A DNA stretch of 62,993 bases from Chara braunii (GCA_003427395.1 BFEA01000027.1:4895318-4958310); one strand, 5' to 3'. Positions 49,860 to 62,993 are shown, numbered from the stretch's first letter. Numbers and translations are program-made. Notes: generated by a model not told the origin, from the sequence alone.

Positions 49860-50635
49860 GCCTGCAAAAGGCACCCAATCCTAGCCTGCAGGGGTCTACC
49901 ACGACCCCTCGATATCCAAATTAAATTAACAGCTTACAGTTGTCTGCAAAAGTCACCCAAGCCTAGCCTACAGGGGTCTACCAGGACCCCTTGATATCCA
50001 AATTAACAGCTTACAGTTGTCTGAAAAAGTCACCCAAGCCTAGCCTACAGGGGTCTACCACGACCCCTCGATGATAAGTTGCCAGAGATAACAACTGGAG
50101 AAGCACCCGACTGTTACCTCGATTTTTGTACCTTGGTTATACCGACGAAGATCCAGTGGTCCGATCGCGATCCTGCTGGGGACCAGATCCAGTCCCGAAC
50201 CTCACACAGCTGATTCAGAGAGGAACAATAGCCGACCAATCAACAAACAGAAATAAAGTGTGTTAGTAGTCCCCTGTCCTGAAGTCTTTCCGTTCCAACC
50301 GCGTCCCCAAGTATCGTAATGTCTCTGGAAAGTAACGTGCACAACTCGAACTCCCACTTCACCGCTTCCCTTCGCTGGTGCTTTTTTCAATTTTTTTTTG
50401 TCCAGAACTAAATTCCCATTGGACCGATGCCTATGAGCCTTCAAATTTTCTCAACTATTCCCATCGCCGTCTCCCTGGATGATGCCGCCTCCTAACAATG
50501 TAGTTTACGGACCACCGCCTCTCCTGTACAATGTAGTTTACGGAACACAGCCTCTCCTTACAATGTAGTTTACGGAACGCCGGCTGCTTACAATAGTTTA
50601 CGAAACGCCGCCTCCTTAACAATAGTTTATGAAAA
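49860..50635. repeat. Two minisatellites (~65-70 bp x3; ~30 bp x5)
   Basis: cacccaa.cctagcct.caggggtctacca.gacccct x3 (49872-50070). ccgcctcct.acaatgtagtttacgga x5 (50485-50635). Confidence 0.8.
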
Positions 50636-50691
50636 TGGAAACATCCTCAACCATACATATACAATCATGAACCCAAGAAGGATCCAGACCA

Positions 50692-51684
50692 AGCCCCTCG
50701 TTTGTTGTCCTCTTCTCTCTCTCTGCCTACGGTTTACCGGGCAGTTCTGTTTGTGACGTATATATATATATACTTCTCCCTCTCTGCCTACGGTTTACTG
50801 GGCAGTTCTATTTGACGATATATATATATATATATATACGGTTTACTGGGCAGTTCTATTTGACGATATATACAGTTTGTCACAGCCCCTCGTTTGTTGT
50901 CCTCTTCTCCCTCTCTGCCTACGGTTTACCGGGCAGTTCTATTTGACGATATATACGTCACAAACAGAACTGCCCGGTAAACCGTAGGCAGAGAGAGAGA
51001 AGAGGACAACAAACGAGGGGCTGTGACGAACTGTTTATATATATATATATATATAGTCAAACAGAGCTGCCCAGTAAACTGTAGGCAGAGAGGGACAAGA
51101 GGGAGAAGAGGACAACGAACGAGGGGCTGTGATGAACTGTTTCATCGGAGTTTCAGCAACTCATTAGGAGGCTATTTGCATCGTGAAGTTGTGTGGTAGT
51201 GGATGATGCTGCGTTGCAATTGCGTCGTGAGTGTCGACATGAATTGCGGAGGATTTGCGGAGTGAGGAGGTTACCCGCGAGTGTCAGGCCTCTGATGAGC
51301 CGGTGAAATTCCGGCGAAACACTCACTGCTCTTGTTTGGGTTAGGCAGTCTCAATGGGTCGGGAATGGGTGGGGGCAGCTGCCACTCAACCTACATCCAC
51401 GTGAGGTTCTGAACAGGGGGAGTTGTAAGGAAGAAGATTAAAAATGAATTAAGTTTTTGTTGTTCTCCTTGTTTTCTTTCTTGTTTTGCTTCGGCGCTCT
51501 GATATCATGTGACTATATATATATATATATATATATATATCATCATCAAATATATATACATCGTCAAACAGAGCTGCCCGGTATAATAGGCAGAGAGGGA
51601 GAAGAGGGCAACAAACGAGGGGCTGTGACAAACTCATGGAGTTTCACCGATTGAGTCATCAGGAAGCTGAACCCTCAACAGTCT
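50692..51684. mobile_element. Cluster of 5'-truncated hammerhead-family retroelement ends in (TA)n, in both orientations
   Basis: Seven copies share the 3' end ...gcctacggtttaccgggcagttct.ttt(gt)gacg, each at or within a few nt of a TA run. 5' ends are variable. Confidence 0.8.
51279..51326 (+). ncRNA. Type III hammerhead ribozyme (subfamily 1)
   Basis: GAGUGUC aggccu CUGAUGA gccgg ugaaauu ccggc GAAACACUC. Complete core, 5-bp stem II, 6-bp stem III, GUC cleavage triplet, palindromic stem I. Confidence 0.8.
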
Positions 51685-53555
51685 GCAGAATTCACGTAAG
51701 TGATAATCCACACCTTAACCCCGATTGTGGTTAAGCATCAACGACTGCCGGACAATTGATACCCTGAGGTGGTGGGGACCACCAACCACTGCCCTCAAGT
51801 TACGTGTGACAAAAATTAAAGCAGACTTTCACTCACCCACACCAGATGGAAAAGTCTACAGACTGTCGCTTCACAACCCATCACAAGCCACGAAACAAAG
51901 AAAGGTCTGTCACAGCCAAAAAACACACTCCAGACATGGATGGGGGGGCACCCCCCCTTAAACCCCTTTTGAATGTGTGTACCGATCAGACATTTGTGAC
52001 CATCCTCCCAAGTCCTGTTGAACTGGTGGTGACCACTACTGAATAGTACAAACGTGTAATGGCGAGTAAAAAACTGCTCAGGAACTCGAATCCTCCGATG
52101 GAATGGACGCACTGCAGACTCGAATATGAGCATGTTAGGAAGCACCCAAGCTGTCAAAGAAAAAGAAGTAAAAAAGGAAAAAGAAAAAAAGAGAAGTTTA
52201 CAAGTTTAAAAGCCGTCGATGGATTAGGGAATGCACTGGACAGTACGGCCTCGCTCGGCGACTCTTGAAATGTGCAAAACAAGAGCAAAACTTCCACCAG
52301 AAGATGGAAAGATACATGGCCATGATTTTTGTCTTTTGTTTACGTCGAGAGTCGTGGAGTGAGGCCCCGGAGTACCGCCGACATACGCCATTTACTGCAC
52401 GTGAGGAGACTTCGCCAGGTGGTACGAGAAAAGCGGATAACAGAGCCCTAAGTTTTCAGAGTTTTCAGGGTCAAGTTTTCAGTGCAGGGGGCGTCAACCA
52501 GGGCTGCGAAGTGGGGGTCCCTGTTAACCGCTTGTGTGTGGCCATCCTATTGGTTTGAATGGGGATGAGTTTGCACCACCTCTCTCTCTCTCTTTCGTGG
52601 TGGATATAACGGCGGCTACGACCACAAAGTCACCTGGGTGAGTCCCAAACGGAAAACGTGAAAGATGGTGGCCGCAAACATCCCAGAGTTGGCATTTTTT
52701 TTTTTTTTTTTTTTTTTAATGCGTCATTGTTATGCATCTTATCATATACTTGCAAAGTCAAAAAAGGTTAAAAAACATTAAAAAACCGTTTAAAATGGCC
52801 ATGCAAAGGAAACGTGCTATTGCTTATATTCGATGCCCCCCTCCCCTCCCCCCTCCCCCGTGCTTACAGTGCGTGCTTGCCCCTTTTCCTTGACCCCACT
52901 GCATGTATGGAGATTCCCTGAACAGTCTGCACTGCTGCTCGATTTATGTGTGTGTGTCATCTTTGCGCAGACGAGGTCTAACTGGTTCATGAGATTCTCA
53001 TGCGCGGCCAGGCACTCTGGTGTGACACCAGGGGGGTCTGACGCCCGGGGTACCTGGGCGTGCAAAAAGAAAAAGGAAGTTCAAAAAAAAAGTTTTTTTC
53101 TTTTTTTGTGGTTTTCGGCGCACTCCCAAATCCAGGCTCTTTTTTTTTTTTTTTTGCGAGTTGGCTGTCAAGGGGGGGGGGGGGGGGGTAAAAATGGGTT
53201 TTAAGGGGAATAAGGAGGTAAAAAGGGGGTGGGTTTTTAGTTTTTTTGTTTTTTTTTTTTTTTTTTCTTTTTTTGTGGTTTTCGGCGCACTCCCAAATCC
53301 AGGCTCTTTTTTTTTTTTTTTTGCGAGTTGGCTGTCAAGGGGAGGGGGAGGGGGGTATAAATTGGTTTAAAGGGGCTAAAGGGGTTTAAAGGGGAGTAGT
53401 GCCTTTCTCCGATTCTGTGAGGAATTCTAATGTGACCCTCAGCCAAAAGTCGTTTGTATTTCAATTCTACACAACATATTGTTTTTTTTTCCCGATTTTT
53501 TTTTTGGGCGCTGATGGCTGCCCGGAAACATAACTACACGGTCTACACCCAAGAT

Positions 53556-53735
53556 CCTTAGCTCAGTGGGTACACACTTGAACTGCTAAAATACAGACCT
53601 GTGTTTGAACCCAGATGATGGGACTTGACGAGTAAAACCACATATGTCTGAATTGCCTAGGGCCGGTCAGCTCAATGGTGATATCTCAAAACCGTCATCC
53701 TTTCAATGATTGAAAAAAAAAACAAAAAAAAAAAA
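53556..53735 (+). mobile_element. Stand-alone copy of the tRNA-derived SINE with A-rich tail (no U6)
   Basis: ccTTAGCTCAGTGGgtacacacttgaactgc...gtttgaacc...tctgaattgcctagggccggtcagctcaatggtgatatctcaa...A-tail. A split copy also lies at 59614-59650 and 59938-59990. Confidence 0.75.
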
Positions 53736-54679
53736 CATATCTACCTACCGCTGCTCCTAAGGCTTACACAGGGAATTATGAACATATAGTAGCACGTGAA
53801 AATGAAAAAAAAAAAAAAAACTGACATCAGACGCATTCATAGACAGACTTGAGACATAATACACGACAAGGCGCGAAAACGACACAAGGTATCAGAAATG
53901 ATTGAGAATTCTTTCAGCTCGGAAACCACCGAGACATTCCAAGGACCCAAGATCCACCCTCGCATCCGACTAACCCATCTCTCGCTAATGGCCGAAGCCA
54001 ATTAGCGAAAGAAAGAGATCGAATACTGCACAATCATTCTTCTTATACTGTCAGTCCTGTCCATTAGATCCGCCTCACCCGGGACCTCGACCATAGTCAA
54101 GGAAACTGGTCAGTGGCCAAGGCACAGGGCCCAGAGAATTGGCCAAAACCACGACACACAAAACGAGTGTCCGGGCAAGGGACAAAACAAAAAACAGGCC
54201 CAACTTGCCGCCCAAGTTCGAAACTCCTTGTAGCCTCTAGTGCTAAAAAAATCAGACGGCCCACCTCTGTGCCACAGGCCACTGGCCGGTTCAAGTAACG
54301 GACCCGGGTGTCAACTTTCGGTTTGACAGTGGGACCAGGTTCGAAACTCCTCACTACCTTGTTCATTACCAAGATCCAACGCAGCCAACTACGCAGCTCA
54401 GTCCCTCAAAACAAAAACCAAAAAAACAAAAAACAAAAAAACAAGAAAAAAAAAACCAAAAAAACAAAACAAGAAAACAAGAAAACAAGAGAACAAGAAA
54501 CAACCCTGTCTGAGCAACGTACATCTACCAATCTTCAAAAAACTAACTCGGAAATCACTAAACTATATCGCCATGTCGACAATCCCACAGTAGCCACGCA
54601 CGCATCTCAATTCCATGTTTCTCAAGCAAAATCCCTGCCAGAGTAAATTTGCAACATTGACGTACTCCTCATCCATGAT

Positions 54680-57600
54680 TCTTCAGCCGATGACTCTGTC
54701 TGAGCAACCTGCCCAGCGGACAGGATAGGCCGTTTGGCCAGCTGTCACCAAGGCACAGGTCCAGTGCCATGGCTCCGCTCGCCCATGTGTGAAACTTTTT
54801 AGGACCCGGTCAAAGAACTTCCCAGGGAAATTCTTCAATCGTAATTCTTTCTTCAATGTCACGACTCTGCGTGGGATCTCGGAGCGGATCGTCATATTCC
54901 TGTCAATTCGATGCAGATAACTGCTAACAACTGCACTTCTCTGTGCTTTGCTTCCCCAAGAAATGAAGGACTGTCCATTCAGAAACTCAAGAGTCTCATT
55001 CCCCCAGATAGTCACCTCGTTTTTTGACAACTGAACACACTCCATGAAAGGCTACCGACAGTTCACACGAACCTCGCAACCCAGGAAATCCCAGGTATTA
55101 CCTCCATCATCCGTACATTTTAGTGTGAGGTTACTTGGGTAAACATGCTCAAACAAGGTGAGGATTTCCTCGTTATCGCCGTTTTTGCTCCCGACAATAA
55201 CACCCACATCGTCAATCAAACGGATCCCATGGACAAACTTCCGTTGCTAACCCAAGCTCTTTAGGAAGTCAAATTCCGCTTTTGCACACATGATGCAAGC
55301 AAGGGGTGGGCTAGTACTTCTTCCCATAGGGATTCCGACCTCTTTTGCTTCATCAAAATCATCAGTGCCATAGCGTAGGTGTGCGACAGCTCATATCTGA
55401 CAAGGGGTATATGTCAACCAAGTCTAGCTTCCTCCAGTGATCGTACCCTGTCGTCAGCCCGAAGGGTGCTCCTCGTCCACGTGTGTTCACCCTGACGAAT
55501 TTCCTTCCTTTACCTGCATGGTAGTCCAGTAGCCAACTAACCGCACATACAATCTCCTCATGGGGTGACAGACTAAACATGTCTTTAATGTAATACGATC
55601 TCGATTCGATGGTTTCAGGAGCGAGTTGGCTCATCCGACGGTTACCCTCCTCGATTTTCTGTGTCAGGAGCGAGACGCCTTTCAAGTTATGAAGTGCCAG
55701 TCGGCAGGGATGGTATACAGCATGTGATTGAGTGCTTTCCGCTATGCTAGTTTTTGTTGTTGGTTCAGGAAAGGACGGACAGATCAGTCGGAACCGATTT
55801 GGGTCCTTGTGTTTGGGCAAAGCATATGCTTGCCCGAACGTTCCTTTCTTGTTCCATCTCACAAAGTCCCACAGATTCGCACTCTTCAAATCATCCTGCA
55901 TACTCTGGAGAATTTCACCGGTGTTGCCAGTTACAACAGAGTAACCCCCACTTCGGATGAACATATTCGTCATACCTTCAAAGTACAGGCGAGGGCACAT
56001 TACCATCGTCACTCCGGGATTCCGATCTAGCGGAGTCAACACCAATCCCTCCAACCTCTTCCCCCACTCCCGAACTTCATCCTGCCCCAGACACACGGTA
56101 GCTTCCTGTTGATCCCGTACACAAACCGCCAAATCACTCGTCGAAAATGTCAACTTCTGCATCTTGCTGTTCGGCCAGTTATCAAACGCCTCTTCCAATT
56201 CCTTCCCCAGGCTGAGCACACAATCCACCCTGGATGGTTTGGGGACATTCTTGGCATTACCCAACAATGTTGGCACACCCTCCAGTTCGCGCAAACGAAA
56301 CTGCACGTGACCTCTTACCCGTAGGTAAGGAAGACCTGCACATGCGCAGGCAGACACTTCCGCATGAGCAAATTTGTGTTGATTGTGTAATACATCCACA
56401 ACATTTGGATTTTTGTCCAAATGATTCGGATCTTAGATCGTGCACGTTTCTTCACACAAAGAGGAAGGCATAACCCACCTAGCTTATCATTAACTAATTT
56501 CCTCACTTCCACTAGTTTAACTCGATCATCATACAGGAGGCGAACAATGAGATTTGCAGACAGATTGAAGCCAAAACCATCACGTATGCACCGTGAAATC
56601 AGGCGTCTCAGTTAAGTACGCGTGGACTTCCGTTCTAAATCCTTAACAGATACGAGTAAACCATAGAGGGATTGCAAGTCCCATTTCTTCGGAGATTCAT
56701 AACGTTTGGGGTTCTTAAGTAAGGAATTAGGAAAGGTTTGTTAATCCCAGTCCGTGGTTTCCATCTTTGTAAGTAGGTCACATACACAACACACCCTCCC
56801 TCGTACTCGGTCTTAAATTCTTTGAAACAACCCGATCTCCCGTGAACTTGTACTGATGAAGCTCCAGAGGCTTTTCGTAAAACACGCCATCGATCACCCC
56901 AACAATTTCCACCGCAAAAGTCCAGGCTAAACACTCGACAATGCTCAGAATCCTGCTGCTTCGAAACACCCGAATCGTCCCTGCTTCCCTACCCTCTAAC
57001 TTGACCTTGATAGGGCGGAAACGTCTTGGTTCAACAGTCGTAGGTGCCCCAACACCTCGTGTCCTCTCCTTCGTTCCTCTTCGTACATTATGCTTTTTCG
57101 GTCTACCCTCGCACCCGGCAGTATTCAAGAAGGGACTCCATCTTTTAATATACAGTGATTCGATGGTCAGGAGATCATTCTCCTCCCCCACATCAATCGG
57201 GATAAGGGCATAGGTTTCGATGCCGAATCTCAACCACCATCGGTAGAGGTGCGTTGATTTGCCCTTCCTTTTCCATATGGAAACGTCGGATATCGGGCTT
57301 CGTAGAGGTTTGACCGATATACTGGGATTTACACTTCAGCGACGAAATAACATATACACAACTAGATTGCGTCAAGAAGTCCAACCCAAAGCGGGAAAAC
57401 AGATCAAGCCAAGCATCGATACATTTCCTGAGCCAACGACAACATCCACGCAACGCAAGGTAAACGACAAGTAGCCTATACACGTACTCTACGTCAGGGT
57501 CTGAGCAACCATAGTAGAGGCGGTAGGAAATCACGAGATCGCTAATACACAACAATTGATCATCGGTCAGGCCCAGTCACTGCTCTGACTCATTTCCCGA

Positions 57601-58860
57601 GCTTTCGGGACCTGATTTTGCTTCCTCCTCACCTTCAAAGCCACGTGTGTCCGTTCTGGAGTGAGTTCCCGGACCAAGCCTTACCCGAGCCCTTGCGTCG
57701 GCCAAGTCAAAGATAACTTGAACTTCCGTTGTGTATGTCACACCCTCCTCACGACAAAACTCACGAAGCAAATCACAGTCGGCTGTAGCTAGTTCTCGCC
57801 TTGTCTGGTCCAGGAACATCAGTCGCTCCATGATGACATTCCTGGTTGGTGGCTTATGGTCGATGCCGCCTTACTTGGAGGCGCCCGTACATGTTTCCGT
57901 ATAGTTCGTGTCCTCGTCCGTTGCAAACGCTCAGAGAATCGAAGCTGCCGCATACCTGTCTGTTGATTCATTTTCTTTGCAGGTGTAGAGATAGGCGGGC
58001 TATCTCCCACAGGAGTGTCTTCGTCGCGCTTCCATTTCTCTGTGATTGCCAGGTTCTCGGTACCGGCAGTTATCACCTCCACTTCACTAGGCTCGCTGCT
58101 CCATCTTTGCCTTCCCCTTATCGACAACCTTCTGGACTTCATTCTTAATCTCCTCCTGGATTCTGCTCAGGCGCACAGCCAACTGCATTTCCACAGCCTT
58201 CGTCATGGCCAATTGTTCTTCCTCTCGATGTCGTTGTTTTTCCAGCTTCTTCAGTGCGCGGGCCTCCTCAACCATACGTTCTTCTTCCTCATGTTGCCTA
58301 GCTTCCAAATCCCTCTTCCTCATTTCTTCCTTCAACTGCCGTTTCTTCTCTTTCTCCTCCCGCCGTATTCTCTCCAAGTCGACAAACTCTTTCAAACTTG
58401 CAACACTCTCGCCGAGCTCCTCTAGCTTCGATGTGGTTTTTGAATCCGCGGACGGCGATCAATGTATTGGTGCTCCGTGGTATCGCCTTGGTGATACAGA
58501 GCGGCCTCGCCTCTCAAATTCTGGCAGGCATACATAGCCATCTCGCTCCGCCTGGTTTCTTGCCCGCTGCATCCTCGCCCAGAATCTCCAGCAATCACTT
58601 TGGTAATGCCCGGGTACCTTACACCTGAAGCAGACTGGAGGAGGTCTACACACAGGTTCAGCAGGATCATTCCGTCGATCCCGTCCATCACGTTCATGAC
58701 CCCGTCCATGATCGACGTACTCCCAACCCCGTCTTCCTTCATCATTATGCCTATCCCGGCGATCAACCCAGTCCCGAACGCGGTCACCACCGCCAATAGT
58801 TCTCCTTCCTTCCGTTTACAATCGTAGGTGGCCAGGCCCAGAACAGCCTGACCTCCAATT
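54680..58860 (-). mobile_element. Decayed Penelope-like retroelement: zinc-knuckle/coiled-coil ORF, then GIY-YIG endonuclease, then RT
   Basis: CFRCKVPGHYQSDC (58632-58591), CVYVIS..C..QYIGQT (57360-57307), IESLYIKRWSPFLN. RT motifs YALPKHK..RLI, YIKDMFS, GIPMGRSTSPPLA (from 55337), RLIDD (55223-55209), DFLG. Frameshifts and stops are present. Element ends are not defined; a gap begins at 59237. Confidence 0.85.
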
Positions 58861-59441
58861 GGTTCAACAGGCCTCCTCCAACGTCAATCACCATGCAGCT
58901 CCTTCCTCATCGAGCTTCGGCATAGCGCTTGGTTGTCCTGGAAAATGCCGGTTTGTCGAAAGCAGTAGCCAAGTCGACTCCAGCAAGTTACGAACTGACT
59001 CAAAAAAGTTGGCCAGTAGTCAAAGACGTGGGGACCCATGCAAACATAGCTTTGTTGTCTCCCTCCAGACATCAGAGGGGATGCATGTTGCCTCCCGCCC
59101 CAACCACGGCGGTCAAGGATGGGTTGGGGCTGCCAGTGGGGGTCCGGCTAATGTAAGGACCGAGCATTTTGCCAGTAGCTGCACCTCCCTTTTCATTGTC
59201 CCCCACCCCCCAACCGAATAACAGCAGTGTCTAAGGNNNNNNNNNNNNNNNNNNNNNNNNNNNNNNNNNNNNNNNNNNNNNNNNNNNNNNNNNNNNNNNN
59301 NNNNNNNNNNNNNNNNNNNNNNNNNNNNNNNNNNNNNNNNNNNNNNNNNNNNNNNNNNNNNNNNNNNNNNNNNNNNNNNNNNNNNNNNNNNNNNNNNNNN
59401 NNNNNNNNNNNNNNNNNNNNNNNNNNNNNNNNNNNNNNNNN

Positions 59442-59472
<31 letters not shown>

Positions 59473-62400
59473 GCAATGAACCAGTCGCTCCGCTAGGAGA
59501 GGTGATAAGAGCACCCCCCTCCTAGCGGACTGACAATTTATAGGTTACAAAAAAAAAAAGTAAATACAGCAGCCCGTGTTGAAGACCTAAAATAAAATCA
59601 TTGTTCACCAATGGGCTTAGCTCAGTTGCTACACCGTTAAACTGTTGCAAATTGGGATGCAACTGGCTTCCAACGGGCTTGACATCCCATTGTCCAAGGA
59701 GCGTCAGTGTGATGAACAGGAGTATGAACATTATTCAAGGAGCGCCAGTGTGATGAACAGGAGGAGGAACATTGTCCAAGAAGCGCCAGTGTGATGAACA
59801 GGAGTAGTAACAAAAGTTCCAAAACAAAATAAATTTAAATAATGCCAAGACTCGGTGCGCGGCCGTACGGCCTGGAACAACTGTCAGGCACCAAAACAGG
59901 GCCGCCCGTGTAGCGGCCCCAGCATGCTACAGTTTCAGAGTGATATCTCAAGGCTGTCGCCTCTAAAAGAAAAAATAATAATAATAAAAAAATCGTTGTT
60001 CCATTATTTTCATTCTTATCCTCGCACAAAAAAATCACCGGCTTTCCTTCGCTGCGAAACCACCGACTTTCCTATGCTGCGAAACCGGGTGTCCTTGCCC
60101 CTCCCCGTCGTCTGCAGTGTTTGGCTGGACATCTCAGTCGAACATCCGGCCAGATTGTCCGCCTGGCCTGGTGCAAAATAGGGGGCGGCCCGGGTGGGGG
60201 GATAAGTTGGATAACCTTTTTTTCTTCTTTTTTTCACAGGAAAAAAAAAGGTCCTTGTTTATCAACAGGGGCCCAGAGCCCAACGCGAAGTACCCAGTCC
60301 CAGATGTACCGGGTGGCTGACGACCTGGCGGCACCTGGATTTGCCTTGGGCCGGGCACCTGTTAATAAAGGAAGCAAATTCCGGAGGCGCCAGGTCTCCA
60401 GCCACCCAGGCGGGCAGGCGGGAGGGCGCGCGGAGCCCCTCCCCTGGAGCACCATTAAAAACAAAAAAAACAAAAAAAATGGCAGGGAGAACACAAAATA
60501 GTAAAAGTTACTAAAAGCTAGTAACACGTTGGTGAAAGAAAAACCAAATCCAAATCTGGAAAATTAATAATTATTCAAAAATAATAAAAATATCATATTG
60601 GCAGCGCATCACATGTGCACCAGGTGTGGACACATGGTGCATCCGTCATTGCACGCATGGCAGGCGCACATCGTCTGCCATGGCAGGTGCGAAATCTGGT
60701 TCTGCCGAAAAGAGAAAAAGTGGGGTGGCGGGTGGGGGTGGGGTGGGGGGGGGGGGGGCTGCTGAATCGGAGCCCCCCCCCCCCGCCACAACTCAGAGAT
60801 GCGTTGGGCAATTACTTTGGGAACTGCGCTCAACAGCTGAAAAAAAAAGAAAAAAAAAGAAAAAAAAAAGAGAACGAGAAAGTTAGTGAAGACAGGTTCT
60901 GGAAAAAAAAGTATGTAGCTACTAGCTAGGGCAAGAACGTAGAAACTTACAAAAATTATGAAAAATACAAAAATTATGAAAAATACCCCCGTCGTATTGC
61001 TGTCTTTTCAAGTTGGGACAGTCATGATGAGGGCTTGGAACATAGTGGGGCTTCTTTTTTTTTTTGTTTTTTTTTTTTAACACAAAACAACCCCCCAAGG
61101 CAGCCTGTGAAAGGTAGGTAGGAGGCAGGACTCGTCCTCAACACCACCTACCTATAAGTGGGGAGCTGCGCCTTCTGGGAAATGGGAGAAGCGTCCCCTA
61201 TCACAAATTTCAGAAATTATACACAAGTTACACACAGGGGAGTGCATCCACAGCGTAGCAGACAGGCTGTAGTAGCATATAAACCCAGGGCACTAGCCAG
61301 ATCCCCTGCTCGCCTTGTGAAAGGTAGGTGGTGTTGAGGATGAGCCCTGCCTCATCCGTCCCTATCGCACTGAGCTGCAAACCCCTAAACCATTTTCACC
61401 AAACCCTCTCAGGCCCTTATAAGTTGTTCCTCGCCCATCGAGCTGCAAAACCCTAAACCCTTTTCACTAAACCCTTTCCGGCCCTCAAGTCATCAACCCT
61501 GAGGCACAGCATAGCATCATCACAGAGTGCAGGTCACATTTCTGTGTCATTTCCAACCTCCCATCAGCAGTGCTGGCGAGGTGTCGACCTGTAGGCGCAT
61601 ATTTCGGCGTAAACCTAATGGGGCTTTCAATTGTTTCCTGCCGGAAAAAAAAAAAAAAGAAAAGAATCTGCGATGAGGGCGGTGAGGCCGGGTTGCACCT
61701 CCGCCAGCCTCCGTCAGGTAAGGGCCTCACTTCGTCACTCCCAAAATACGCGAAATGAATCTCCTTGCGGCGCACTCACCTGCCGCCGCAATCCGTGGTG
61801 AGGCCGGCAGTACCTCCCCCAGAATCCGTCAGATACGGGCTTCACTCCATCACTCTTTCTTTTTTTCTTTTTCTTTCTTTTTTTGTCACTCCATCACTCA
61901 CCAAATATGCAAAATGAATCCTTGTGAAAAAAAGAAAAAGAAAAAGAAAAGGAATCTTCTTACTGCACACGTTGTGGGGCTTTTCATTTCTTACCTGCCA
62001 CCAGAATCTGCGTCGAGGGCGCCACAAATATACATCGGCAGCACACCACACACCGCACAGTTGTATGTGAATGACTTTGCTTTTTCATTTTGGGTGAGGG
62101 GCATCCAAAGTTTCGTAATAAATTTGGAATTTTGGAGATTACAAAAACAGTGAAAATATTATGTACCTCCGGACGCATCGGTGCACCTTCGACGAAACAG
62201 TCTGACACACTCCTTGCTTATTGTCCTTGTCTCCCTCTCTGCCTTTTTTTTTTTTTTTTTTCTGCCTTCGGCTCACCTCGAAGTTCGTTTCGGTAGCGGT
62301 CTACGCTGCCAGCCCCGTGCTGCCCGGCTGTGAAAAAATTGCCCGGGTCACCTTGATTTCCCACGGCCAACGAAGGTCCCAGCAACAGGAAAAAAACAAA

Positions 62401-62902
62401 TCGAAAAAAAAAGTACGTTATGCGGAAAAATAAACTGAACAACTTTTAGTCTTTTGCCACAGGGTCACATCGAAATTATTCACCAAAGAATAAATTGTAG
62501 AATTGGTGAAAGAGAAGATGAGAAAAAGGATTTGTGTCCTTGAAACAGTTGGGGCATGAGCTTGAAAGGGATGCCGAACCTCGCTCAGATCAGAGCTGTG
62601 GCGACTTTTGTAAGGGACGCCGGGCCCGCTTCCCGGCTTTGATATTAATAAAAAGATCGATCTTCTTCCAACAAAAGGAAGAAATTCTTTACCAAATAAA
62701 AAATAAAAAATAAGATTATTTTTCAGTATATGTTTACAAATTTTATTATTATTATTATTATTATTATTCTGAGTGGGCATCCGGGCCGCCCGGGTGACCG
62801 GCAGGGGCCCAGGGAAGGTCCCGTGCGGCCTGGCCGGGCAGGGCACCCGGTTGGGGGCCGGGCCCCCCCAGCGCACTCACCTGTCGGGGATTTCGGACCC
62901 CC

Positions 62903-62993
<91 letters not shown>

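Overview
Repeat-rich eukaryotic nuclear DNA with long introns, microsatellites and several N-gaps. The plant-type U6 sequence, a thylakoid Tat-signal protein, an acetate kinase and the repeat landscape suggest a streptophyte green alga such as Chara (inference). Two host genes could be assembled by hand. One is a 2-exon minus-strand gene (17640-17249, 9336-8940; 262 aa) for a predicted thylakoid-lumen Tat substrate. The other is a plus-strand acetate kinase (41872-47879; 4 exons, 411 aa) with a probable extra 5' exon at 36545-36643 encoding an organellar presequence. The rest is mobile DNA: two L1/Tx1-like LINE fragments, a decayed LTR element, several MITE families, degenerate 25S/28S rRNA pieces and a decayed Penelope-like retroelement with zinc-knuckle ORF, GIY-YIG and RT in that order. 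Two systems stand out. (1) Short elements carrying type III hammerhead ribozymes, with covarying stems between two subfamilies, are stacked in (TA)n microsatellites about 2 kb from the Penelope-like element. (2) Six U6 snRNA copies occur, four of them abutting one tRNA-derived SINE family, with repeated insertions between the ACAGAGA box and the AGC triad.
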